Positions 36,957 to 49,902 of a stretch of DNA of 64,000 nucleotides are shown in pieces. The DNA is from Tubulanus polymorphus (Eukaryota > Animalia > Nemertea), in assembly GCF_964204645.1 (NCBI RefSeq), contig NC_134034.1, positions 8,506,962 through 8,570,961 of the forward strand. Reading direction: 5' to 3'. The notes beneath the pieces were generated by a model, which had not been told where the DNA came from, did not search any database, and saw only the letters and a list, made by a program, of their open reading frames with translations. Positions within the stretch are counted from its first letter, which is position 1, and each line of letters begins with the position of its first letter. Made by a program: the position numbers and the translations under genes.

Positions 36957-39438
36957 TTTTATAACAAAATTTTTATTAAAACTCATTCAAATATAAATAT
37001 TCAATGTTTTAAATATGAATTATTTCACTCGTTAATTACTCGTTACTTTTTATATTAAAAATCAAGAATTTAACACATATAAATATAAATATTAACTGTT
37101 TTAAATATGAATTATTTCACTCACACTTTATTCACACTTTTAATGTTTAAAAATAAGAATTTAACGCACATAAATAAAAATATTCACTGTTTTAAATATA
37201 AATTATGTCACTCACACTTTACATGTTTAAAATTCAAGAATTTAACACATATAAATATAAATATTAGCTGTTTTAAATATGAATTATTTCACTCACACTT
37301 TACTCACACTTTTTATGTTTAAAAATAAGAATTTAACGCATATAAATATAAATATTCACTGTTTTAAATATGAATTATTTCGCTCACACTTTACTCACAC
37401 TTTTTATGTTTAAAAATCTAACTCATACAAATATAAATATTGTAATATGTTCAAAATATATCTATATAAATATATATAACAGCTCGTTAATTACTCGTTA
37501 CTTTTTTACTAACACTTTTATATTGAATAATCTATCAATTTATATGTTATTCATATATATTTTATTCATGTATATAAATATTTTAAGAGTAATAGGGGTT
37601 TAGTTCGGTTGAGTGAGTAAAAAATGAAAAACATGAAAATAATAACAATTTCTACTTGAATTAGGAGTGAAACTCATAAAAAATGAAAAATAAATTCGAG
37701 TGTGCGAGAATTATTTTTCATTTTTATGAGCTTCCCGTTTTCATGTTTTTCATTTTTACGAGCTCGACCGTTCGACCTTCGGTATAGAACAACTAAACCC
37801 CTATTACTCACGAGCGAACACACTTTTAGAAAATGAGAACAGCCCACTATATATTAAAAGTCTACTAGAAACAAATTACAAAAAAGTACAAATTGAATCC
37901 CTCCAAGACAAAAACGGCGATCTAAAACATAGTATAGAAGACCTAAAATCGATAGCTTTCGAATTCTATCGAAACCTTTACACGAAACAAATACTCAAGG
38001 AAACGGATCAGGAAAACGCAATCTCCCATATCAATCAGAAATTAACAAATGAACAAGCCAACTCTCTAGAACATTTGATAACCATAGAAGAAACACATAA
38101 AGCACTAAAACAAATGAGCAATAACAAATCTCCCGGCCCAGATGGACTAACAAAAAAATTCTATATTGCCTTTTGGGATCAAATTGGAAATGAACTGACC
38201 GAAATATATAACAACATCCTATTATCAAATTCCCTAACGGAAACACAAAAAAAAATCGCGCACATAAGAATAATTTCGAAAAAAGGCGACGTCACACTAA
38301 TAAAAAACTGGCGACCTATATCTCTTCTTAACGTTGACTAAAAAATTCTAACAAAAATTCTATCGAACAGACTTAAAACCGTAATGACACAACTAATCCA
38401 CCCCGACCAAACTTGCGGCATTCCTAATAGGCAAATCTTTGATAACATCGATTTGGCCCAAGACATTTTTTCAATTTTCATAGATCCAAAAAACAACACA
38501 TGCCATTATGTCCATCGACCAGGAAAAAGCTTTCGACCGCTTAGATCATGATTTCTTGAAAAAAAGTAGTTGATAAACAAAATTTTGGCCCAAATTTAAA
38601 AGAATGGATAAATATACTCTACGAAAATCCCAAATCCTCAATAATAATAAATAACCAATTAACTAACCCCATCAACATCCAAAGAGGGGTAAGACAAAGC
38701 TGCTCCCTCTCCATGCAACTTTTTATCCTTTGCATAGAAATTATAGGAACCATGATTCACAACAATACTAACATTAAAGGTATCGCCCACCCTGGTGGAA
38801 AAACATACTCCAAGCTAACACAATACGCCGACGACGTTAATACATACATCACATCACGCTTAGAAATAGAAACAATTTATGAAATATATGACAAATATGG
38901 ACTAGCATCTGGATCAAAAATTAATAGAGAAAAAACCGAAATCCTCCTTATAAACCCTACGATCCAGAACCCATATCCTCCAGAATATACAAAACCTTCA
39001 ATAAAACTTCTAGGACTTCAAATAAGACGAATTACCAATGAAGACCTCTGGACCCCAATCATTGAAAAAATAAACAATACCTTCAAATTTATGACTATCC
39101 GAAATCTCAATTTTATTCAAACAGCTCAACTAGTAAACACATATATCTTGAGTAAATTATGGTATATCGCAAAATTTCTGGAACCACCGTAAGAATATAT
39201 AAGCCTCATCCAAAATGGACTGTTCACTTTTATCTGGAAAGGCAAATTACCGATCATATCAAGACAATTAACCATGTGTCAGAACATCAATAACGGCGGA
39301 TGCAACGTAACCATCATTGAAAAGAAACTCAAATCACATCTACTACAAAAAAAATATATAGACTTGCTATAACACTAACACGACAAAATATCAGACCTTC
39401 ATGGGCACCGTTCGTAATTTATTCACTTGGCCCAACTA

Positions 39439-40121
39439 AAGTCTATCCCAGTAGTTATGACCGCGGTGCATCAAAGAGTTGTTACACTAACAGATCGGGA
39501 TCCCTGTAGTTTTTATCATTCAGCCATACGAGTAATAGAGGTCAAGCGACTACTGCATTCAAGAGTGAATAATATACCATCAACTGGCCATTCATTAAAG
39601 GATATGAAATTCCAATTTTTATAATTTTACAAAATCCTTTCTTGAATTTTTAGTTTCATTTTAGGAATAATCATGTCATGTGGCAAATTCAATGTGATTG
39701 ATTTTGTACATCTGTAAACTCTTCAGAGTGTGAGCATAATAGGTAATCTCATGAGTCGAGTGCTGTTGTTTTGCTTGGAACACCGTCTAAATATAATCTT
39801 TCAACTTGGAAATTGGTTTTGACACTTCATAATGTAAACACTGACTTCAGCATCCAGCGAAAATGTTCACTCTTGAATGCAACAAGACTTCAAAACTGAA
39901 TTTTCATTGCTTATTACTTCATTTTCTTGGATTAAGTGTGGAAAAGTTTTGCTCTTTATTCACTCTTGCCTGTAACCATAGTAACAAGCAGCTGGGGTCC
40001 AGCGAAGCAGCGATGCTCAGTGTGAGTTTGACCACTTAAAGCTGTCGGTATCAATTAAATTGTTGTTGATACTAGCTCTTTAAGAGTGAAATGCCGCGGT
40101 CATAACCAATGGGATAGACTT
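39439..40121. mobile_element. Non-autonomous TIR DNA transposon (683 bp), TA TSD, inserted in LINE ORF2
   Basis: TA|AAGTCTATCCCAGTAGTTATGACCGCGG ... CCGCGGTCATAACCAATGGGATAGACTT|TA; removal restores colinearity with copy 1 near 20890. Confidence 0.88.
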
Positions 40122-41777
40122 TAGAACTAAAAAACTAATACCCGGCATAGATACGACATCCATACCTATCAACTAAGAGGCACGCCCCTATTATACAAAC
40201 ATTATCTCGATTCTCAACGAAACCGAGAAACTTAAGATCAAAATGACTGACCCAGACATTAAAGTGAAAGATATTTATAAACCCTTTGTCGTAAATGATA
40301 ACGCTATTATTAAAATTAAAAGTAAGATTCCCCTCAAACTTGGAAAAAGATATGGAACTCAGCATGGGGAAAATTCCTACCGAATACATACCAAGAACTC
40401 AACTACCGAATAATCTACGATGCACTCCTGGTATCGAAAGCAAAATATCTATCTAAATGCCCCCACAGCAACCATTAAACACGTTTTCACAGATTGTATC
40501 CATATTAAAGAAACTCAAAATCTCCTCAAAAACATCTCAAAATAACAACTAACTCTAATATAGATATCAATTACGATTTGATCTGTTTTAACCATATGAA
40601 CCATACTTTGAAATCGAAAATCTACGAGGAATACACCCTCACACTTCTATCGGCATACAAATACAGCATATGTAAATATCGTAACAACTGTAAACATAAC
40701 GATCCCTTAAAAAGCCTCCCGATCCAACCCTTCAAAGCAGAAATTAAAAGCTGTGAAACATTAAAATAGCACCTAACCCCCTATGAACTGCAGTAGACCT
40801 ATCGATTAGTAGATTAGACAAATATACATTATTGATAAATTAGTACAATCTATAATACTCGCACTTACAACCCTTTGTATAATTCCTCATGGAAACTGCG
40901 TACCTCGATACACACACGTACTTAACTAGACATACCATACTTCTAGGCTATAAATGAAAAATCATATATTTTCTAGAAATTGTAATATAGATACAACACA
41001 CAAACTCTGCTTTTGTGTATAACTTTGTTCCCAGATGACTGTCAAACATCATACAGTCGTTTCTACTTATTATACGTTACATATACGTATCGACCACTGA
41101 CCATTTGATTGTAACAATAAACACACATACTTTCGCATGTATTGCAAGATTTAACCGTCCTAAAATCACCTTTTCCCCGACTCGACAAACATGCATCTCT
41201 GTCCCGACACACAGGCCCCCGATTAGACAAACTGACTACGTAGACAATCCTCGTGTACCACAATAGAAAGGTGGCTAACCATCAGCCCCTCTCCTTAGCC
41301 CAATATGCATTTACATCTCTTAAAGTTATGAAGTATATAGTATAGCTAACATCTACAGTATTGGAAAAACCGCTTTTGACTCCAAAAACACGATATGCCT
41401 CTGTCTCACTTTTGTGTACAAACTATCGCTTCTGCATACATCAACGGCGTTTCCCGCATGTTAACATAAGAGAATGCATCAAATAGTCGATTCTGCGTAA
41501 ACGACCCGCCAAAGTCGTCCTCTATATTCCCCTAATTTTTAGCCGGCTGAAACTCATTGCACCATGAGACGTCTCTCATGCCAGTTTTCTTTACCCTCCT
41601 GTTTCAGGAACGTAATTCCTGACTTTACGGTCATCCTTTTAATTTAGTATGCATTGAATATGTGTAAGCATGTATCATATACCCCCCAGCATTTAACATG
41701 CTCCCCACTATATGATGTTATCTGCAAGTCTGCCTCTAAATCCTTGCCTGCTAACAGAGCCTGTGAAATGCGTGCTT

Positions 41778-42556
41778 ATAACCCCAGGCCAGACGACTGT
41801 CTGAATAATTATCCATGCAAAAAGACTAACTCTTCACACCAATGGCCAACGAGCCAAAATACCCCCTATATTCCTATAACCCCTGCTGATACAAACTTCT
41901 ATTGATACTCATTATTTATATATATTATCTACATCAATAGTGCCTTTGTACGTACTGCTGTGAAAATAGATACGTACGCTCGATACTAGCCATCATATGG
42001 AAACCAGCCCTTTAAATCATTGTTACCTAATGGAAAACTATTACAATGGGCATAAACTGGTTAAAATGGCATTAAATCCTGTGCAGATCCATGGCGTGTA
42101 ATGCTATAGCTACACACCATACATATCTAATACTTCGGATAATTTCTGGTTTTTTTCGCCTTTATCACGACAAAAACTAGCACCGTTAAATACCTAATAA
42201 CCCAGGCGAAATGACTGTCAGTACAATTATCCATGCAAAAAGAATAACTCTTCACACCAACGGCCAACGAGCCAAAATACCCCTTGTATTTCTATAATCC
42301 CTATCGATACCAACTCCTATTGATAAACCCTGTATATGTACTGCATATTTATAAATGTTATGTACATCAGAAGTGCATCTGTGCTTACTGCTGTAAAAAT
42401 AGCTAAGTACGCTCCATAATAGCCATCATATAGAAACTAGCCCTTTAAATCGTAGTTGCTTAAATGGAAAACTACGGCAATGGGCAGAAACCGGTTGAAA
42501 TGGCATTATATCCTGTGCAGAGCCATGGTGTGTAATGCTGTAGCTACACACCATGG
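41778..42556 (+). repeat. Diverged ~420-bp direct duplication in the LINE 3'UTR, each unit ending in a stem-loop
   Basis: ATCCATGCAAAA..CTCTTCACACCAA.GGCCAACGAGCCAAAATACCCC at ~41811 and ~42229; CCATGGTGTGTA-N10-TACACACCATGG at 42523-42556. Confidence 0.8.
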
Positions 42557-43122
42557 ATCGAGACTATATATATATACCTAATAACCCACCGAGCAGCAAA
42601 GAAACAACCCTGTTCACTAGTTTACTAAACGCTTCTATCCCCCTTGATATACTCCTTGGGTAATAGTCGTTTCCGACACCAAACCCAATTTTTCCATACC
42701 CGCTGATATACCCATATATACCCAAAAAACCCAACGAGCTCTTATCCTAATCCAACTGATCATGAAAAAATTACGTACATGTAATTATGTGAAAGCTATA
42801 TAAACTATAAAAGATTATACCCCAAATTACATCTATCATGCATGAAGACCCTTGGTACGTACCAGCAAAGCAATTGCTGCGTTAGCGCAGCGCAGCCGCC
42901 ATTAATACAAACAAACTTCTCAATTCCTTTTCAGATCTTCCCTCGAGACGGAAAGCAGAAGATGGAAGAAATCTCAATTGTCTAAACTGTTTCTCTTTTT
43001 GATTAAAAACTTATTGTTTCTTTCTACTGAAAATTAAAATTTGTTCAAATAGTAACATTTATATATTATTGTCACCTGTTATTTATTTACTGCCAACATT
43101 TTTTGTCTCTCAATCACGTATC

Positions 43123-43874
43123 ATGACTACCCTCCTGGACAGATCGGCTACACTGATCCTAGAACCGGAGCCTGACGGTAATAATACCCAATATATTAAC
43201 CAGACGGAAATTATAAAACTCCTTCGTGAGTACGACCTTGACATATCAGAGATCGCACAGGTATCTAAAACGCCAGGGAACGTATGAGGTAAGCTTTACG
43301 GATCCCAGAACCATATGCGGCCTTCTCGCCGATATAAAATACAAGATCCCCTTCATCAAAGGTACTCGTATAAAATTTCAGCGGGCCCAAATGTTACGTC
43401 CGACAAGCAACAGTACGTGTGGATACACGTATACGGTGCCCCCTTTGAACTTACGAGCAGAGACATTGATAAGAAACTCGCTGAAAAATACGGATTCAAA
43501 ACCCTCTCGCATAAGAGGGGTGTCCTGAAGGACTATCCCCAAATATATTCTGGAGTTCGACATTTCAAAGGATATATTGATAAACCGATCCTCCGTACCA
43601 TGTATGTTAAAAAATCACTCATAAAAGATGCAAATGCAGCACCACCTCATCGGCAGGAACCAACGTATGCCCAGGCTGTACTTCATCCATCCACTGTAGC
43701 GCCTTCTAAGGAACCGGCCCAAATACCTCTCCCCGAGCCAAGTATCGAGGAAGCCGATGAGCTTAACGACCTTGAGATCCCACCTCAACTAACCCAACCC
43801 ATCGAATACACCTTGGATGTGGACGATAACCTTCAGTGATATATAGGATATGAGTGACCTCCCGATCTATCCAT
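43123..43874 (+). pseudogene. LINE family B, copy 2, ORF1 (frameshifts, knuckle deleted), cut off by a Gypsy LTR
   Basis: MTTLLDRSATLILEPEPD.. as in 23956; homology stops at ..DLPIYP. Confidence 0.88.
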
Positions 43875-44181
43875 TATTGGGAAATAAATAATAATATCTA
43901 TATTCGGAAGTTAATCAATAAGATTCAATTAAAGAAAGAGTGTAACAGCAGCTACGTATTATTAAAAACTGTGGTTGAACCCTATCGTTGTTGAATTATG
44001 GTTGAACCCGTATTAGATTTATATTTATTCGTGGTAGTCTGGCGAGTGGCTAATATAAGGAGGGTCCCCGAAATCTAAGAGAGAGATCAGAGACACCGAG
44101 ACACCAGAAGACGGAACTGCAGAAAAGAATAAAGCACACTGTTCACTGGAGAAGAATCTCCCAACGTTCATTTCCTATCAC

Positions 44182-44199
44182 TGGTGGAGAACCCGGGCA
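44182..44199 (+). promoter_or_regulatory. Primer-binding site complementary to a tRNA-Ala 3' end
   Basis: TGGTGGAGAACCCGGGCA one base after the LTR-terminal CA. Confidence 0.75.
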
Positions 44200-47100
44200 G
44201 GTCACAGGCAAGTAACTAGTGCGACATCGGAACAAGTGAGTTAGTTTTCAAACGGAATTTGACAAAATGAATGTGCCATTGTCAGGGTCCGTAGAAAAGA
44301 GCGATAATGGTGGACAGGCATTAGCACCTGGTCTACCCGATTTGCGGTTGCAGCTAATGCAGCTAATGCAGCTGCAGGCGCAAACTGCATCGCTTGATAC
44401 AGACACGTCTGACAAGCTACCGTTCAAACCAGATGACACATTTTCGGGTAACTCAGACGAAGACGTAAATAGTTTTCTTAGGGATTTTGAAGCTAGAGAC
44501 AATTTTGGGGGGTGGAAAAAGTCGAAGGATGTGGCGGCTTTTCCGATGTGCTTAAGTGGAAGAGCTAGAAATGATTTTTATGAGTTAAAAGATCGAAGTA
44601 AGGACGAACAAGGAAATGCCACTGATATTAATTTAGAAAATGTTTTTAGATTGTTTAAAGAAAAGTTCGGTGGTAAAGACATGGAATGGGTTTTACAATC
44701 GGAATTTTATTCAATTAAAATGAAGGAAGGAGAATCATTAGATTCTTACATATCTCGAGTGGTTGGCGATATTTTGCAACCCTTTATTCACGGGTTACTA
44801 CCGAATACTAAGGCATTTGTGCTGGGGAAGTGCCCAACTTCATTAGACCAGGCTATAAATAAATCGCGTCTGGCGGTGGAGTTGGATAAACTTGTACCAG
44901 CACAAGCCCAGGTAAGGTCTATACATCTCGATTACTCGCGGCAGGTTGCATTGGAACAGGAGGTAAAAGGATTGAACGAAAATTAACCCAGCTGCTGTCT
45001 TTACAGAGAAGTAATGATGGTGCCGACCAGCGGAGACCGATAAGGTTATCCGATGGTCGTCCCTATTGTGAAAACAGTAACACAGCTGGCCACACTACAG
45101 CTAGGTCTAGGCGTAACAATAATTCCAATATAACCTGTCATAACTGCGGTCGTCGAGGTGATATTTCGCCAAATTGTCGGGCGCAAAGACATGATTTTTC
45201 TCAAAGAGCTCAATTCCACAGACCGGAACCTCCGCCTCGAACGCCGCAGCGATATCAATATCAAGAATACGGTTCCATACCTCTCAATACACATGCGCAG
45301 CAGCGAAACTATCCAGACAATAGACCAAACATTCGTTCAGGTAAACCGGGGACACAACAAAATAACTATTATCAACCACCGGGTCCAAACCAGAATCCTC
45401 CTGTTTTTTAGATGGATTTGGGAAACGAAAATCGGCTTATGAGTATGAGGTAAATCATAAGCCATGGCCACAGCAAATCATTTGTAGATACGAACAGGAA
45501 AACAGCGTTTATCCAAATGTGTACAACAGTACGGGTTGTATCCGTAATTCTAATAAAATCATAACGTACGGTGACAACAAACTGAACAGCTGTTATAGTA
45601 ATAATCCCTGGTATAGAGACAGCTCGAAATTTAAAGGTTCAGTGCTGGAAAACTCATGTAGTTTCATTGTAGATAATAACGTGCGTAAATCGCAATATGA
45701 GAGTAGTGACCAATGAACGTTGATAATTTAAATTCAGTATATGATAATTGTCTATGCATTTGAGGTACAAGAACTTCTAATGAAGGAGTTAATGAAAAAA
45801 CAAGTGTCAATAATAATAGTAATAGCAATAGCGATTCAAAACCTAGTTTGGAAGTAACGACCCGAAAAGGGTCGACGGAGCAAGTTATTAACGCTACTGA
45901 GTTTAGAGAGTGAATCAGCAGATAATTCAGAAATATGTAAAGAGGTATTTTCAAAGCGTGGAAATGATAATATATTAAGTAATGAAAATAATTCGAGTTA
46001 ACGGATTCGAATCTGATTAAGAATTTAGGGTAGCAGATAATAAAATAATCTCCAGCGCTGAGGGTTCTTCCAGTAAAGAGTTGTATACTAAGGATGAACA
46101 AAGTAAAACTATAATTGATTCGTACGAAAAGGACACAAATTCCTTCGTCAATAATGATAGTATTAAAAAAATGTCTACGAATAATGCTGAGGCTGATCTT
46201 GCCTCAAACATGAACAGGGAACCCGTCAAATTTGACCCTGGGGAGGATATTCAAGGGCTCTGCAGATGGGCAGGAAACTGATATAACGCAGTCTCAAATG
46301 TTTTGTGACTTTCTCAAAATGTATCAAAAATTTAACTAATTTTTAGTTCATAAGTCCTCAAATATTCATAAATGAACAGTTAAAAATTGTTGAAACATGT
46401 CGACTCTGCCGTAAAATCAACCTATTAACAGTCCGGAATTTGGGATAATATTGGGCTTTAGAGAACATAATGCCCCCGAGGTCTTCACATTTACAGAAAA
46501 TATTACGTAAGTGATTCACGCGCAGCGCGCGATAGGAGCACAATAGAAATCTGAGCCGCGCGTTCTTGAGTGTCACCAATTAAGAGGACCGCTATTGTGA
46601 AAATTGACTGCGGGAGGAATATTCCTCCCAATGTCAATCGATGGAAACTTGACCATGGGGTCCGATATTTTAACAATTGACTTTGGGAGGAATATTCCTC
46701 CCAAGGTCAAACGAAGAGAATTTGACCTTCAGGTCTGATATTCAAAGTATCAACTTCGGGAGGAATGTTCCTCCGAATGTCAAACGAAGGAAACTGGACC
46801 TGGTCTGTTATTCGAAATATAGACTTTGGGATGAATGTTCTTCCAAACCACTAAACGCTTAAACCTGAGCTTTTAGAATGAAGGTATATATATATATATA
46901 TTAATTATATTGGTGTAATAATTGTTTTAATAAGTAGTATACTATAGCGACGACATCAGACATATTTAGGCAATTTGAGTGATAATGTACACGGTATTTG
47001 AGGGTCTGCGACGAATGATTTATAGAAAGTTGAATAGCTGTAGTGCAGGTTCTAATAATAAGCCTAATATAGTCTTCACATCGCAATCAGTTGTTAGAAT

Positions 47101-47624
47101 GCATCTTCCTTTTTCTTTACTTGATCTTGAGTCTTTGACTATAATTAACTATAATCAATATTACTTATTTCATTATATAGCGCACTGCTGCAAATTGTAA
47201 TCAGTGTGCTTTGCATGAGTATAAAATCAACACAAGCTGAAAGAATCGAAATTTAAATACGTGGATGATAAAAATCAAGTTAAAAGGTGTAGGGACGGAG
47301 AGATCTGGCGAAGAAAAAAAAACAGTAATGGGCGCAAAATGGACCCTTGCCTAATCGCCCGACCTAAAACTACGGACCAGACCTGAGTCAAATTAAGCGT
47401 GTTGATTTAAACTGGTTCTGGAAGTCAGACACTTCGCTTGGTTTAAGTATGGACTCGTTTTAGATTCCATGGTTTAAGCATTGTTTAGTAACGAATGAAT
47501 GTGTTTAAATTTGAATGTGAAATGAATTTGAACATGAAAATCTGCGCGCTCTTTGGTAAGCCATGCGTAAAATTTAAGTCGGACCTGATTCGAGCCAATT
47601 TAGCCCCGACAAATCGTCTCTATA

Positions 47625-47881
47625 GCTGCGATCACACGTGTATTTTTGGCCAGGGCCAAATTTGGCCCGACCAAAAACGTCGGACCAGGCCCGAGCACCA
47701 GACAAATGACTGCGTTTGAATTGCAACTAGCACCGTAAATGATCCACTTCGCTTTGTTTGAGCATTGTTTAGTATCGAGTGAATGGTTTGCGTGTGAACG
47801 CGCTCTCTAATTACCAAATTTGGCCCGAGCCTGATCGGTGCTAATTTGGCCCGGGCCAAATCATCTCCGTGTGATCGCGGC
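47625..47881. mobile_element. Harbinger-like MITE, with an older related remnant at ~47365-47620
   Basis: GCTGCGATCACACG ... CGTGTGATCGCGGC|TTA; internal GGCCAAATTTGGCCCG repeats. Confidence 0.7.
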
Positions 47882-49781
47882 TTATGTGGGTCATGATTGT
47901 TGGGAGAAATCTTTCCCTTTATGTTTGCAAATTAGCCATTGTCCTAGTTTTAACTTCTGATTTGTACCCTGTATAGGGTTTATATTTCTGTTTGTACTCT
48001 TTCATAGAAATACGACAGATATCAAATGGAATCTTTGATTAAAGACACTGTAGACCGGTACACACTAATATGTCCATCCATCCGACCTACGAGCGATCAT
48101 CTCATTAATGTGATAATTGCTCGTAAATCCGACAGCTACATTTTACAACTAGAAATATATTAGATCAGATTCCTAACAATAAAATCATTACTATTAAGAA
48201 TATGTTATTGATTATGAATTAATTCAAAATGAATTGACAAAATATATTGCTTTGAATGGCCTTTAGATATTGGATAGGGCGATTTTGAATTATTTTTGGG
48301 GAAATTTTATCGAGAAGCTCAAACTCAGATAAAGTGTTTAAGGCGGATCTTTCCCGATTATGATCCCACCATATGAATTGCTCACGAAACTACTATGTAT
48401 AAACACCTCACAATTAACGTAATGACCCAGTGACGTCCTGTTGCACAAGCTATATTACACCATGATAAAAAGCCTATTATAGTCGAGTAGGATTTCTCGA
48501 TGTATAAATGCAGGGAGGGTTGGGAGCTTTATGTTCAATAACATTAGGTTCCAATGTTTGCTCTATGGATTTCAGAATAAAAGAAAAATCTACGTTTAAA
48601 CGTGATATCTGTTTCATTACTCGTGATATATCGGGGAATCTCTGTAGTAAAATTGGGCGATTTCAAAAATATTACAAAATGAGCAAATTGCGATTCTTAG
48701 TGATTTTTGCTAACAGTATGGATTCTAGCGTATACGCGGATTTGTGTGTTATGTAATAAGTATCGTAGCGAATAATCAAAGTATCTACTGTAGCTAGATA
48801 TGACAATTAAATATCCCCCAGAATATCTCCTTCAAAATAGCTTGATCCGTTCAAAAAAGATCACCTGGTAAAGATTTCCTATGTAGAAATCTAAAAAATC
48901 TAAACCCTACGTAAACATGGTAAACATACCCTGGGTAAAAATCCCCCAAATATTCATACTTGGTGATTGTCAAGAACATGTCAAAGCACGATGATTCTCG
49001 AATTTGCAATGAGACTGAAATATGTTTGAACTTTTAAATGAAATCTTTCGTTGCGATAAATTCTTACGGATAAAATAAATTGTAAGAATTAATAAGAGTA
49101 ATAAACTTTTATTTGTAATATCTTAAGATTCGAACTGGAATATTTTTGAATTTCAGCTGTGCGATGCCATGAATTATTAGAAATAACGTACTTTTGATAT
49201 TAAATATTTTAGATTCAAGCTAGTGTTATATATTTGAAATGTGCGATGAACCCCTTCACTAAGCTGTGCAATAACTACATGTATATGTACTAATTTAGTA
49301 TCAATGAAAGGTTAATTTGTAGTATGTTTTAATTTAAATAGCATAGTTTGTATGGGCATATTGATATCCTTACGGTGTTCGACAGTAAAATATGAATAAA
49401 TTGGATATACGTATCAATAATACGAATTAATTGACCTTAAGATTGTATCTACTTATAATCCCTTCAAAGGGAGGGGATTACCTAATTTGAAGAATTGGGG
49501 ATTTTTACCGAGGGGATTTTTACTCGCTTACTTAGATGTTTTGAATTATTGACTTAGTTGTTTTATTAAGTTTAAGTTAATCACTAGTAAGTTTATTCAT
49601 TGACCACTTGCATGATAGTTCTCGATATATTCATTATATGCAATGAAATGAAATGTAAGTTCATCACATTTCTGAATTCATTAATACCGATTTTAATTGT
49701 TTTAAGCCCCATGAAAAATATGTGATGTCATTATATTGAAAGCTTAATGTTTTATTATCATTGGCAGTAGTTCTCATAAAT

Positions 49782-49902
49782 TTTCCTTGGCCTTTTTTTC
49801 CGTGGCCATTTTAACCTTGGCCATTTTTTCCTGGACAAATTACCTTGGCCATTTTTTCCTTGGCCATTCTTTCCTGGCCATTTTTCCTTGGCCATTTTTC
49901 CA
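49782..49902. repeat. Minisatellite of ~14-15-bp TTTTCC(T)TGGCCA units
   Basis: About eight degenerate tandem units. Confidence 0.8.

Larger units (their letters stand above)
35774..37808. mobile_element. Non-autonomous mini-Polinton (2,035 bp) with long TIRs, terminal hairpins and 6-bp TSD
   Basis: AGTAATAGGGG...CCCCTATTACT termini as in the large Polinton; flanks CACGAT/CACGAG; empty site ATCCAATCACGAGCGAA seen in the paralogous LINE at ~23165. Confidence 0.93.
33296..42990 (+). mobile_element. L1/Tx1-like LINE, family A, copy 2 (decayed, two insertions, long 3'UTR)
   Basis: ORF1 33697-34643 (CYNCRERGHIASNC); ORF2 34645-40786 in pieces (KSPGPDG, QYADD); 3'UTR matches copy 1. 3' boundary approximate. 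Confidence 0.9.

Noticed and set aside
36060-37603. MNYF.HTL ORFs at 36060, 37107 and 37370; 91-bp repeats as a CRISPR array
   Set aside because: Translations of TIR repeats; units are contiguous with no unique spacers, no cas genes, eukaryotic context.
44182-44199. tRNA genes at 44182 or 60609
   Set aside because: Only 13-18-nt complements of tRNA 3' ends next to LTRs, i.e. primer-binding sites.
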